The notes under the pieces are model-generated. The model saw only the letters and a program-made list of their open reading frames with translations. It was not told the DNA's origin and ran no database searches. The position numbers were made by a program, and so were the translations under genes. Of a stretch of 35,615 bases of DNA, positions 8,502 to 17,615 are shown piece by piece. The stretch is from Azospirillum sp. 51_20 (lineage in GTDB: Bacteria > Verrucomicrobiota > Kiritimatiellia > RFP12 > UBA1067). The stretch lies in assembly GCA_963600185.1 (NCBI GenBank), contig CAVCAF010000002.1, positions 1 through 35,615 on the forward strand, given 5' to 3'. How positions within the stretch are numbered: position 1 is the first letter of the stretch; each line of letters starts with the position of its first letter.

Positions 8502-10181
8502 TTAATCCTTCGCCTCTTCTCCCTGGGCAGAATGATGGTGATGATGGCTCCGCTCGTGGGCGAACTTTATCTCAGTCGCGATTAACTCCTCGGCGAGTGC
8601 ACCCAACGCTTCCAAGCCTGCCTCATCGGCAACGGCGAGCAGATTCTCTAGCGCAGGCATAATATATTGCGAAAAGCCCTGCTGTCCCACACTCGCGAGT
8701 CGTCCATAAGCACCCAATGCCTGAATAAGACGCTCTGCCGCCGCAAAAGGCACAATCTTCGCGATGTCATCTCTACCACTTGCTTTCGCATAAAGCGCAA
8801 TGAGAGCGCCGCGCTCTTTCTCGGTAAGTTTTATGTATGGATCGTACACGAGCGAGGCTAAATCGTAGACGGCGGGTCCTAAGCGCATACCCTGAAAGTC
8901 GATAATGGACATCTTACCATTCTTCCAAAGGATATTCGAGGACTGGAAGTCGCGATGGACGAGTGCACGCGGCTCTTTCTCAAGAACCGCAACCAACTTC
9001 GCGAAGTCCTTCTCTACTTCAGCGGAACATGCGCGGGCATAGCGCCGTCCAAGCGCAAACTCCTTAAAGAGCGATTGCTCATCAGTCCAAAGTGCTGCGT
9101 CAAAAGCTTTTTCAAGCGCGGGCAAATCTTCCTCATCGGCAAGTCGGCTAAATGCGACGAGAGCCTCAATAACAGGACTATAAGTCGCGAGTGCACCTCT
9201 ACGATGCGCTTCGGACGCTAAGTCAGTCGCGCCCGCATTCTCCAAGACAAGCACTTTGAGGTCGGGCTTTTCAAGTAGAACCTTAGGCACGGCAATACCC
9301 TTCGCCGCGAGCCATTTTGCGAGCGCGGCATAACGGGCATTCTCCTTACGCGCTTCATCGTCATACAGTATAATAATCGCGTTACCCACCTTAAAGAAGC
9401 AACGATTACTGCCGCGGGCACCGAGGAACTCTACGGGATCCGTAAGCCCCAACTCTTTTACCACGGCGGCAATTTGCGGTAGCGCGGCGAAATCATTAAC
9501 ATCGCCCTGTTGATTGACCTCGATGTATTTTGCAATAGTCCCTGCGTCCGTCCACAGAAAGTCCTTAGGCTCAATGCCGAGGATGAAGCGTCCCGACATA
9601 GTTGCCTTCTCGTACGCTTCGACAATAGAGGACGCGCCCTTGGGCGCGAGGTAATCAAAGATCGCAGGCTTTAGAAGCGCGATGCCGCAATAGGTAAAAG
9701 TCCCTTCATAGCCAGGGTCAGGACTTTGCCAACAGGTGACAATATTGCGCGTCGGTTCTACCTCAATTGTCCGTGGACCCTCTGTCGTAATAACGGCAAG
9801 CCCAAGGACATCCTCGCGCGCAAACTCTTTATCATTTTTGAAGCCTTCAAAGCCCTCAAAGACGATATCGCCATTTACAAGGTAGAAGTTATCCTCGCCT
9901 ATCCATTCCTTTAAAGGATTTAGCGCGCCACCCGTCCCTAAGATCTCGGGTTCATAACTGACGCGGCACTTATTCGCCGCGCACCAGTCCTCAATCTGTT
10001 CGTGCAAGTAGTGGCAATTGACCGTAATTTCTTCCACGCCCCACGCGCGCAATTGCTGGACGACACGCCCGAGCATACTCTCGCCCCACACAGGCAAGAG
10101 CGGCTTTGGGGTGACACTCGTGAAAGGTCTTAGCCGCGTACCAAAACCTGCGGCGAGGACAACGGCTTTTTTAACGGTCAT
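8502..10181 (-). CDS. Fused sugar-1-phosphate nucleotidyltransferase / aminoglycoside-phosphotransferase-fold sugar kinase (MurU-AmgK-like)
   Basis: The N-terminus (AVVLAAGFGTRLRPFTSVTPKPLLPV ... GTGGAL) is the NTP_transferase fold. The C-terminus (LVHRDFQSSNILWKNGKMSIIDFQGMRLGPAVYDLASLVYDPY) matches the AmgK-type APH kinase signature. The C-terminal tail is HERSHHHHHSAQGEEAKD. Confidence 0.8.
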   Translation of the reverse strand: MTVKKAVVLAAGFGTRLRPFTSVTPKPLLPVWGESMLGRVVQQLRAWGVEEITVNCHYLHEQIEDWCAANKCRVSYEPEILGTGGALNPLKEWIGEDNFYLVNGDIVFEGFEGFKNDKEFAREDVLGLAVITTEGPRTIEVEPTRNIVTCWQSPDPGYEGTFTYCGIALLKPAIFDYLAPKGASSIVEAYEKATMSGRFILGIEPKDFLWTDAGTIAKYIEVNQQGDVNDFAALPQIAAVVKELGLTDPVEFLGARGSNRCFFKVGNAIIILYDDEARKENARYAALAKWLAAKGIAVPKVLLEKPDLKVLVLENAGATDLASEAHRRGALATYSPVIEALVAFSRLADEEDLPALEKAFDAALWTDEQSLFKEFALGRRYARACSAEVEKDFAKLVAVLEKEPRALVHRDFQSSNILWKNGKMSIIDFQGMRLGPAVYDLASLVYDPYIKLTEKERGALIALYAKASGRDDIAKIVPFAAAERLIQALGAYGRLASVGQQGFSQYIMPALENLLAVADEAGLEALGALAEELIATEIKFAHERSHHHHHSAQGEEAKD

Positions 10182-10197
10182 AACGCGCTACCCTTCC

Positions 10198-11007
10198 TCA
10201 GCGATAAACTGGATGTTGACGCTGGGCACGCACCCGCGGCTCTTCCAAGAAGAGCGAATACCATTGGTCGCCCAGTCCCGTATTCGAGAAATGCGCTACG
10301 CGATTGTTCATAAGGCACTCGTGATTGCGCTTAAGTGTCGCGTCATCACTATTCTTAAGCGCTTCAGTCAACGCCTTAAACGCCGCGTCAATTTCGCCGC
10401 GCTGGACAAGAATCCAGCTATAACAGCCTGCTAGAAGCACATTCTGATTGTACTTTAGCCGCCGCACTTGTTTTTTGTAGAACTTCGTGAGTTCTTCAAG
10501 GGGAGCATTGAGCATTTGCATACGCGCGAGCTTCATTGCCGCCATCGTCGGCTCGACAATAAGAACCTTGGGCATGAGCTCATCAACGGACTTAAAGTCC
10601 TTAATCATCCAACAAAGTTGCAACCGCGCCGTCGCGATTTGCCGCGTCATAAGAGGAACCCACCAACGATACTTCTTGAGGGAGTCCGTTTGATCGAGTG
10701 CCGACTTTACAAATATGCGTGTATCGGCGGCGATTTCGCTTTGCGCCTGCTTAAGGCTCCCGGGCGGACGCATCTGCCAACGCTGCATCTTCTGTTGAAG
10801 CGCCTTTTGTCCAGTCGTTAGGATGTATTGCACGCGCTCCATATCTGCCGTCACGCGCTTTTTAAGGATGCGGCCAATAACGACTTGGAAAGTCGCGAAA
10901 CCGAGGAAGCCCCAGAAGATGCTCCAGCCCGTACCGATATCCGCGGCATAATGCAAACCGCAACCAACTGCCGCGCCAATCAATAAACCAATAAAGAATG
11001 TAATCAT
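10198..11007 (-). CDS. Membrane-anchored protein, unknown function (2 N-terminal TM helices plus a helical soluble domain)
   Basis: The N-terminus MITFFIGLLIGAAVGCGL...WSIFWGFLGFATFQVVIG is hydrophobic and the remainder is alpha-helical/TPR-like. An AAAGGA ribosome-binding site lies upstream. I recognise no family. Confidence 0.65.
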   Translation of the reverse strand: MITFFIGLLIGAAVGCGLHYAADIGTGWSIFWGFLGFATFQVVIGRILKKRVTADMERVQYILTTGQKALQQKMQRWQMRPPGSLKQAQSEIAADTRIFVKSALDQTDSLKKYRWWVPLMTRQIATARLQLCWMIKDFKSVDELMPKVLIVEPTMAAMKLARMQMLNAPLEELTKFYKKQVRRLKYNQNVLLAGCYSWILVQRGEIDAAFKALTEALKNSDDATLKRNHECLMNNRVAHFSNTGLGDQWYSLFLEEPRVRAQRQHPVYR

Positions 11008-11035
11008 AAGTTATCCTTTTCTTCAACGACGCGCC

Positions 11036-12370
11036 TTAGTGACGGAACGAGCGTTGCCCAGTAAACACCATTGCGACATTCGCCGCGTTACAACAATCTA
11101 TAACATCCCAATCGCGAATCGCGCCGCCGGGCTGGACAATTGAAGTAATGCCCTCGCGGATACCGACTTCAGCCCCATCACGGAACGGGAAGAACGCGTC
11201 CGATACCATCGCGCAACCGGGCAAGCCACCCTTTTCCGCGCGGGTGCGTTCCATAATTTCCGCCTGCTTACGCGAACCTTCTTCCTCGCCAAACGCGAGA
11301 CGCAAGTCATTGTAAGGCTTACCGTAAGTCTCCCACGCGAGCCAGTCCGCATGTTTCGTATACGCCTTATCGCGGGCAATCTCGGCGACACCCACGCGAT
11401 CTTGCTCGCCCGTACCAATGCCGACGGTGACACCGTCCTTGACATACAGAACCGAATTGGAGGTCACGCCTGCCTCAACGAGCCAACCGAAAACGAGATC
11501 TTCATACTCCTTCTCAGTCGGGAGGCGCTTAATTTGGTAATCTTTATACGAGACAGCGCCCGTCGCCTTATCCGTAATCTTACGATGACAATAGGCAGGC
11601 ATGAAGTCCGCGGCTTTACGCGCATTAGCACTAAATGAAGTCTGCACCACGATACCGCCGTCGATGAGGCTCTTAAAGTCTATGACATGCTTCGCCACAA
11701 AGTCCGTCAGCCGCGCCATATTACGGATGCGAAATACGCGCAGATTCTTCTTCGTCGCGAAGATATCCATTACGCCAGGCGCGAAGTCAGGCGCGACAAC
11801 GACCTCGGCATAATTCTCGACAATCAACTTCGCCGTTTCAATATCGCAATCACGGTTTAGCGCAATAGCGCCCCCAAATGCCGCGAGGCGGTCTGCTTTA
11901 TTCGCGCGATAGTATGCTTCAGCGAGGGTTGACCCAGTCGCGACCCCGCACGGATTATTGTGCTTCACAATGACGCAAGTCGGCTTCTCCATCAAATACC
12001 GCAAGATGTTGAGGGCGTTATCCGTATCCGTCACATTGGTCTTACCCGGATGCTTACCGCTTTGCAGCAGTTCGGGGACGGACGCGAGGTAGCGCCCCGC
12101 CTGAAGCATTTCGACATCGCCTAAAACGAGGTTGCCGTCCGTCAAACGATAAAGCGCGGCTTCCTGCCCTGGGTTCTCACCATAGCGCAGACCCTTTTCT
12201 TCGCCGCCGATAGACCAAGTGACCTTCTCGTAATGCAAAGTCTGACGGCTCGCGCCATCGATGAACGAGATTTCCATGCGCGGCGCGAAGTGATCCGCCT
12301 CAATCGTCTTATAAGCGGCCTTTAAATCTTTTTTAGTCTCTATACTTTCCATACCCCAATAGTATACCAT
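11036..12370 (-). CDS. purH: AICAR transformylase (PurH C-terminal domain only; no MGS-like IMP cyclohydrolase domain)
   Basis: LRYGENPGQEAALY lies near the N-terminus. The C-terminus SDAFFPFRDGAEVGIREGITSIVQPGGAIRDWDVI...FTGQRSFRH is the PurH signature. I set the start at Met48 (12370; Met54 at 12352 is also possible), because the longest ORF would overlap the PFOR 3' end. Confidence 0.85.
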   Translation of the reverse strand: MVYYWGMESIETKKDLKAAYKTIEADHFAPRMEISFIDGASRQTLHYEKVTWSIGGEEKGLRYGENPGQEAALYRLTDGNLVLGDVEMLQAGRYLASVPELLQSGKHPGKTNVTDTDNALNILRYLMEKPTCVIVKHNNPCGVATGSTLAEAYYRANKADRLAAFGGAIALNRDCDIETAKLIVENYAEVVVAPDFAPGVMDIFATKKNLRVFRIRNMARLTDFVAKHVIDFKSLIDGGIVVQTSFSANARKAADFMPAYCHRKITDKATGAVSYKDYQIKRLPTEKEYEDLVFGWLVEAGVTSNSVLYVKDGVTVGIGTGEQDRVGVAEIARDKAYTKHADWLAWETYGKPYNDLRLAFGEEEGSRKQAEIMERTRAEKGGLPGCAMVSDAFFPFRDGAEVGIREGITSIVQPGGAIRDWDVIDCCNAANVAMVFTGQRSFRH

Positions 12371-12407
12371 ATTTTCGGGCTTTTGGGGCGATAAATTGAA
12401 GGCTGGG

Positions 12408-15400
12408 CTATTCCTTATCGGGGGGAAGTGCCGCGAGTTCTTGCAAGAGGCGGTAGGTCGACTTGAAGCCCTCTTCGGTGCGTTCCAAAATCGCCTTAGC
12501 CTTTTCTTCACCCGCGACTTTCACGAGTTGACGGAAGCGGTTCTCACCGTTTGCCTTAGAGAGGGCTTCCGCGGCGAAGGAGAGTCCGCCATCCTTTGAG
12601 TCGAGCGTAAACCCATTCTTGCCCGCTTCCACAAGCGCGGGGTTGTACCGCCAAAGTGGGAAGTGGAGCGAATCGACTGCCGTCTTTTGATGCTGAAGTC
12701 CTTCCGCCGTGGAAAGTCCCTGCTCAATACAGTGCGCATAGGCAATAATCAGCGCGGGGCCATCATAATTCTCGGCTTCCTGGAATGCCTTAACCGTTGC
12801 CGCGGGGTTCGCCCCCATCGACACATAGGCGATGTAGACATTCTTATACTGAAGTTGCATAAGCCCGAGGTTCTTTTTCATCTGAGCCTTACCGGACGCG
12901 GCAAACTTCGCAATAGCGCCTTTGGGGGTGGACTTTGAGGCTTGTCCACCCGTATTGGAATAGACCTCGGTATCTAGGACGAGGACTTTGACATTGCGTC
13001 CCGAGGCGAGCACATGGTCAAGTCCGCCATACCCAATATCGTACGCCCAACCATCGCCGCCCACAATCCACACGGACTTGCGCACGAGGTTATCCGCGAC
13101 AGCCAAAAGGCGACGCTTACGCACGCAATTACAGTCATGCGCCGCCAAAGCCGCCTTAAGTTCGGCGACTGCTGCGCGCATTTCTTCCACTCCGACACCC
13201 TTCTCATCGAACTGGTTTATGGACTTTATATGCGTCAAAATGGCGCGGATATTCTCGGGGGCAGTTGGGTTCGCGAGCATTTGGTCGACGAGTTCGAAGG
13301 CATAAGCCTGCAGCTTCTCGGTCGAGACCCGCATGCCAAGCCCAAACTCCGCGTTATCCTCGAAGAGCGAGTTAGACCAAGCGGGGCCGCGTCCGTCGCC
13401 GCGTTTACAGTAGGGGGTCGTGGGCAAGTTACCGCCATAAATAGAGGAGCACCCCGTCGCATTCGCGATAAGCAGGCGGTCGCCGCAAATCTGGGTGAGG
13501 AGCTTAATGTAGGGTGTCTCGCCACATCCCGCACAGGCACCCGAGAACTCAAAGAGCGGTTGCTTCAATTGGCTATCAAGCAGCATCTTCATATCGAGCT
13601 TCGTCGGGTCAACTTCGGGGAGGGAGAGGAAGAAGTCCCAGTTCTTAGATTCCGTTTCCCTGAGGGGCAACTGCGGAACCATCTTAAGCGCGGGCTTGGG
13701 GTTCGGCTTAAGTTCGCCCGTAACAGGGTCTTTCTTCGGTTGCGCCATGGGGCACTTCACGACGCAAAGCGTACAGCCCATACAGTCCTCGGGCGCACAT
13801 TGCACGGTGACCTTCTCGCCAAGTGCCTTTAACTTAGGTAGGCGCGGCGCGGCAGATTTGAAGTCCTTGGGCGCATTCGCGAGCGCCTCCTCCTTATAGA
13901 CCTTCATGCGAATTGCCGCGTGCGGACAAATCACCGAGCAGTTTCCGCACTGAATGCAGACGGAAGGATCCCACTCGGGGATGAACGCGGCGACATTGCG
14001 CTTTTCCCATTGGGTCGTCGCCGTTGGCCAAGTGCCATCGTCCGGGATAGCCGAGACGGGCAGGTCATTCCCCTTCTGAGCGATCATCTTCGCTGTGACG
14101 CGCTTTACGAAATCTGGTGCCGCGGCGGCGACTAGCGCGGGCTTTTTGAGTTTTCCCGCGGGCGCATTCGGATACTTTACCTCCTCAATTGCCGCGATCG
14201 CGGCATCTATACACTGCCAATTCTTCTGGACGACATCCATTCCCTTCGACGCATACGACTTCTCGGCGTATGCCTTGAGCTCCTTAATGGCTTCCGCCTC
14301 AGGGAGAATGCCCGAGAGCTTAAAGAAGGCGGTTTGAAGGACGGTATTCGTACGCGTCCCCATGCCGTTGGCGCGGGCAATCTTCGCCGCGTCAATTACA
14401 TAAAAACGCAACTTCTTGGCGATAATCACCTCTTCTACCTCGTCCGGGATGTGCTCCCAGACCTGGGCGGCGGGATAGGGCGCGGCAAGAAGGAAGGTTG
14501 AACCCGGCTTTGCCGCGGCGAGCACATCGTACTTCTCAAGATAGTTGAAGCAGTGGCACGCCGTAAAGTCCGCCTTATTACAGAAGTAAGGGCTACGGAT
14601 AACTTGCGGGCCGAAGCGCAAGTGCGAAATGGTGACCCCGCCCGACTTCTTCGAGTCATACTCAAAGTAACCCTGCGCATAGTTGTCGGTGCACGAGCCA
14701 ATAATCTTAATGGAGTTCTTGTTTGCGCCGACGGTGCCATCCGCGCCAATGCCCCAGAACATGCACTCCTTGCGTCCGCCCGTCGGCACTTCGAAGGTGG
14801 CGTCCCCGAGCAAGTAGCGCCCTGTGATATCGTCCACAATGCCGACGACGAAATGGTCGAGCGGCTTTTCAGCGGACATATTATCGTAGACCGCCTTGCA
14901 CATCTGAGGCGTGAAGTCCTTAGAGCCGAGCCCATAGCGTCCGCCCAGTATCTTCGGCTGCGCGAACGCGGCACTTCCGCACTGGATACCCTGCCCAATC
15001 GCGGCGACGACATCTAAGTAAAGCGGGTCGCCCACGCCGCCCGGCTCCTTCGTGCGATCAAGGACGGTGATGACCTTTACCGTGGCGGGGAGCGCCTTAA
15101 CGAAGGCTTCCGCGGCAAATGGACGGTACAAACGCACCTTGACGAGTCCGACTTTGGCACCCGCCGCGGCAAGTACTTCTACTGTCTCGTGCAAGGTCTC
15201 ACATCCGGAACCCATCGCGACGACGACATATTCGGCATCTGCCGCGCCGACATAGTCAAAGAGGTGGTAGGTGCGCCCCGTAAGCGCGGCAAGTTTCGTC
15301 ATGTTCTCCTGCACAATCGCTGGGGTCGCCTCGTAGTACTTCTGGCAGCTTTCGCGTCCTTGGAAGTTCACATCCGGATTCTGCGCGGTGCCGCGCATAG

Positions 15401-16037
15401 TCGGGTGCTCGGGGTCGAGCGCCCTTTTGCGGAAGTCGGCAATTGCCTCGTCGCTAATCATCTGGCGAATCGTATCCTCGCCAATTTCCTCAATCTTCTG
15501 CACTTCGTGGGAGGTGCGGAACCCATCAAAGAAATGGAGAAAAGGTACCTTCGCCTCGAGGGTAGAAGCGTGGGCAATGAGTGCGAGGTCGTGGGCTTCT
15601 TGCACAGAGTTAGAGGCAAGCATGGCGAAACCCGTCTGGCGGCACGCCATAACGTCCCCATGGTCACCAAAAATGCAAAGTCCCTGACAGGCAAGGGAGC
15701 GCGCCGAGACATGAAAGACGGCGGGGGTCAGTTCGCCCGCTATCTTGTACATATTTGGGATCATGAGAAGGAGTCCCTGCGAAGCGGTGAAGGTCGTTGT
15801 AAGAGAGCCCGTCGTTAAGGCACCATGCACCGCGCCCGCGGCGCCACCCTCGGACTCCATTTCTACAATCGTCGGAACCGAACCCCAGATGTTCTTGCGC
15901 CCAAGTGCCGCGAATTGGTCGCAACTCTCCGCCATTGGAGAGGAAGGCGTAATCGGATAAATCGCCGCGACTTCCGTGCAAGCGAAAGCAATCTTTGCGA
16001 CGGCCGTGTTGCCGTCCACCATTATCTTGTTAGCCAT
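12408..16037 (-). CDS. nifJ: Pyruvate:ferredoxin (flavodoxin) oxidoreductase
   Basis: The single-chain PFOR is 1209 aa. It has IYPITPSSPMAE at the N-terminus, two 4Fe-4S motifs (CIQCGNCSVICP and CMGCTLCVVKCP) and the TPP-binding GGDGWAYDIGYGGLDH. A GGAG Shine-Dalgarno lies upstream. Confidence 0.97.
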   Translation of the reverse strand: MANKIMVDGNTAVAKIAFACTEVAAIYPITPSSPMAESCDQFAALGRKNIWGSVPTIVEMESEGGAAGAVHGALTTGSLTTTFTASQGLLLMIPNMYKIAGELTPAVFHVSARSLACQGLCIFGDHGDVMACRQTGFAMLASNSVQEAHDLALIAHASTLEAKVPFLHFFDGFRTSHEVQKIEEIGEDTIRQMISDEAIADFRKRALDPEHPTMRGTAQNPDVNFQGRESCQKYYEATPAIVQENMTKLAALTGRTYHLFDYVGAADAEYVVVAMGSGCETLHETVEVLAAAGAKVGLVKVRLYRPFAAEAFVKALPATVKVITVLDRTKEPGGVGDPLYLDVVAAIGQGIQCGSAAFAQPKILGGRYGLGSKDFTPQMCKAVYDNMSAEKPLDHFVVGIVDDITGRYLLGDATFEVPTGGRKECMFWGIGADGTVGANKNSIKIIGSCTDNYAQGYFEYDSKKSGGVTISHLRFGPQVIRSPYFCNKADFTACHCFNYLEKYDVLAAAKPGSTFLLAAPYPAAQVWEHIPDEVEEVIIAKKLRFYVIDAAKIARANGMGTRTNTVLQTAFFKLSGILPEAEAIKELKAYAEKSYASKGMDVVQKNWQCIDAAIAAIEEVKYPNAPAGKLKKPALVAAAAPDFVKRVTAKMIAQKGNDLPVSAIPDDGTWPTATTQWEKRNVAAFIPEWDPSVCIQCGNCSVICPHAAIRMKVYKEEALANAPKDFKSAAPRLPKLKALGEKVTVQCAPEDCMGCTLCVVKCPMAQPKKDPVTGELKPNPKPALKMVPQLPLRETESKNWDFFLSLPEVDPTKLDMKMLLDSQLKQPLFEFSGACAGCGETPYIKLLTQICGDRLLIANATGCSSIYGGNLPTTPYCKRGDGRGPAWSNSLFEDNAEFGLGMRVSTEKLQAYAFELVDQMLANPTAPENIRAILTHIKSINQFDEKGVGVEEMRAAVAELKAALAAHDCNCVRKRRLLAVADNLVRKSVWIVGGDGWAYDIGYGGLDHVLASGRNVKVLVLDTEVYSNTGGQASKSTPKGAIAKFAASGKAQMKKNLGLMQLQYKNVYIAYVSMGANPAATVKAFQEAENYDGPALIIAYAHCIEQGLSTAEGLQHQKTAVDSLHFPLWRYNPALVEAGKNGFTLDSKDGGLSFAAEALSKANGENRFRQLVKVAGEEKAKAILERTEEGFKSTYRLLQELAALPPDKE

Positions 16038-16066
16038 AGCTCTAAAGTCTCCATTCGTATACCTCT

Positions 16067-16072
16067 ATTATA
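16067..16072 (-). promoter_or_regulatory. Candidate -10 (TATAAT) for the PFOR gene
   Basis: The reverse complement reads cgcTATAATagaggtatacgaatGGAGactttagagctATG. Confidence 0.4.
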
Positions 16073-16131
16073 GCGAAATCTTGGCAGTCACGCAAGGACA
16101 ACTTCAGGGACTAGTTTTCGCGCGGCGTTTA

Positions 16132-16140
16132 TGCTATAAT
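16132..16140 (+). promoter_or_regulatory. Extended -10 TGCTATAAT for the EamA transporter gene
   Basis: This is an exact TGnTATAAT, 17 nt upstream of the ATG at 16158. Confidence 0.45.
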
Positions 16141-16157
16141 ACACGGCGCTAAAAGTT

Positions 16158-17051
16158 ATGAGTAATAAGACTAAAGGAATTATCGCCATTATCATAAGTG
16201 CGTTTGGGTTCGCGCTTATGGCTCTTTTTGTGCGCCTATGCGACGACTATGGCGCGGCAGTTTCCAGTTTTGAGAAGAGCTTCTTTCGTAATGCCATCGC
16301 CCTCCTGCTCGCGATTGTCGTCTTCTTAAGAACACCCGCCCACGGACTCCACGCCCACGCCTTTCAGCCGACAACCCCGCGGCGCAAAGCCTGGCTACTC
16401 CTTTTCGCCCGCTCGCTGTTTGGCTCCGTCGGCATCTTCGGCAACTTCTATGCGCTCTCGAAGATCCCGATTGGCGAGGCGATGACCCTTAATAAGACAG
16501 CGCCCTTCTTCGCCGTCTTGTTCGCCGGGATCTTCCTCGGCGAGCGCGTCAATCGTCGCCAAGTCCTCGCCCTCGCGCTCGCCTTTACGGGCGCAATCCT
16601 CGTCATGAAGCCGGGGTTTGGTGCGGACGAACCTTTCGCCGCGTGCTGTGCCTTGGCGGGGGGACTTGGAGCTGGCATCGCCTATACCTGCGTCCATGAA
16701 CTTGGCAGGCTCGGTGTCGGGAGCGCACTTATAATCGTCATCTTCAGCGCCTTCTCCTGCCTCTGCGCCGTCCCCTTCATCATTGTGGACTTTACACCGC
16801 TTACCCTCGCCCAATTACTCATCTTACTCGGCGCAGGTGTCGGCGCGGCAATCGGACAGTTTGGGGTGACGACTGCCTATAGACTCGCGGAGCCGCGCTC
16901 CGTCGCCGTCTATGATTATACGAATATTATCTTTACCTCGCTCTTCGGATACTTCTTCTTCGCCCAAACGCCCGATGCACTGAGCATCCTCGGCTTTGGT
17001 CTCATCATCTTCGCCGCGCTCAGCATGAACCGCCGCGCTCAATCAGCCTAA
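16158..17051 (+). CDS. EamA/DMT-family transporter
   Basis: The 297-aa protein has about 10 hydrophobic helices arranged as two halves, with glycine-rich helices typical of the drug/metabolite transporter superfamily. Confidence 0.85.
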   Translation: MSNKTKGIIAIIISAFGFALMALFVRLCDDYGAAVSSFEKSFFRNAIALLLAIVVFLRTPAHGLHAHAFQPTTPRRKAWLLLFARSLFGSVGIFGNFYALSKIPIGEAMTLNKTAPFFAVLFAGIFLGERVNRRQVLALALAFTGAILVMKPGFGADEPFAACCALAGGLGAGIAYTCVHELGRLGVGSALIIVIFSAFSCLCAVPFIIVDFTPLTLAQLLILLGAGVGAAIGQFGVTTAYRLAEPRSVAVYDYTNIIFTSLFGYFFFAQTPDALSILGFGLIIFAALSMNRRAQSA

Positions 17052-17056
17052 GCGCC

Positions 17057-17081
17057 AACTGTTTCCATTTTGGAAACAGTT
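17057..17081 (+). terminator. Perfect 11-bp hairpin just after the EamA stop (no U-tract)
   Basis: The stem is aactgtttcca (17057-17067) / tggaaacagtt (17071-17081) with loop ttt. It begins 6 nt after the stop codon. No T-run follows on either strand. Confidence 0.4.
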
Positions 17082-17114
17082 CACGCCAAACTCTAAGCGC
17101 CGCGCAGTTAGGTT

Positions 17115-17134
17115 CGTGGGCGGAAACGCCCACG
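17115..17134 (-). terminator. 8-bp GC hairpin with a 4-nt loop (GAAA on the plus strand, UUUC in the minus-strand transcript), just after the stop of the 141-aa gene (no U-tract)
   Basis: The sequence is cgtgggcg-gaaa-cgcccacg. On the minus strand it begins 1 nt after the stop codon (17136-17138). Confidence 0.4.
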
Positions 17135-17135
17135 G

Positions 17136-17561
17136 TTAGATTCTCTTGACGCGGTCGCCGCGTAAGCGCCAAGCAAAATTGGTGAGTTTAACCTTAAGTT
17201 TACTGAGTGCCGTTACGCGCACGGCGAGCGTATTCTCTCGCGTCAGTTCGCGTGAGGCACCGAGTTTACCATTCAAAACAGGCGTAATACGCAGGTAGCC
17301 CCCTAAGTTCACCGCGTCACCTTGCTCTAGATGATGCTTTACGAGTTCCATCATAGACTCAAACTGACTTAAAAAGATATGGGGGCGCCCAGTAAAGTAC
17401 TCACTAGCCTCGCCTTCCTTAAGTAGGTCTTTCATAGACACCGTCTTCTGTCCGACTATGTAAGGATAGGCTAGCGCCTTCTTTTGTCCGGGCAATTGCC
17501 GCAAGGTAACATCATATTCTATAACGCTTTTGCTACCGACTTTATCGAGTTTCTTTGCCAT
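17136..17561 (-). CDS. HU-related DNA-binding-domain protein (Bacteroidota-type HU_HIG-like, tentative)
   Basis: The 141-aa layout ...YPYIVGQKTVSMKDLLKE...FLSQFESMMELVKHHLEQGDAVNLGGYLRITPVLNGKL...LAVRVTALSKLK mirrors the helix-helix-beta-arm order of HU-like proteins as I remember them. An AAGAGG ribosome-binding site lies upstream. Confidence 0.45.
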   Translation of the reverse strand: MAKKLDKVGSKSVIEYDVTLRQLPGQKKALAYPYIVGQKTVSMKDLLKEGEASEYFTGRPHIFLSQFESMMELVKHHLEQGDAVNLGGYLRITPVLNGKLGASRELTRENTLAVRVTALSKLKVKLTNFAWRLRGDRVKRI

Positions 17562-17615
17562 TGTGTGCCTCTTTTCGTTGTTTCTTAAGGGAGAATAAGG
17601 GTGAGAGTTAGTAAG

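Noticed and set aside
8532-8546. A His5 tract as a sign of an engineered affinity tag or vector sequence
   Set aside because: It is followed by nine more native-looking residues (SAQGEEAKD). It uses mixed CAT/CAC codons, has no linker or protease site, and sits in a normal chromosomal operon.
12371-12511. An N-terminal 47-residue extension of the purH ORF (longest ORF 11036..12511)
   Set aside because: It would overlap the PFOR 3' end by about 100 nt and encodes a basic, low-complexity peptide. Met48 and Met54 start just downstream of the PFOR stop.
12371-12520. A ZTP (pfl) riboswitch, which is expected upstream of purH in many bacteria
   Set aside because: Only 37 nt separate purH from the PFOR stop. 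Reading the minus strand, I found none of the conserved pfl elements, neither the GGGUCG...UGACUGGCG type nor the CCGCCUGGGC-type 3' pseudoknot.
13014-15818. Several 150-270-aa ORFs on both strands inside the PFOR gene (for example 13014..13832 +, 14435..15013 -, 15189..15818 +)
   Set aside because: All are nested in or antisense to a 1209-aa ORF with unmistakable PFOR motifs. They are GC-driven open frames.
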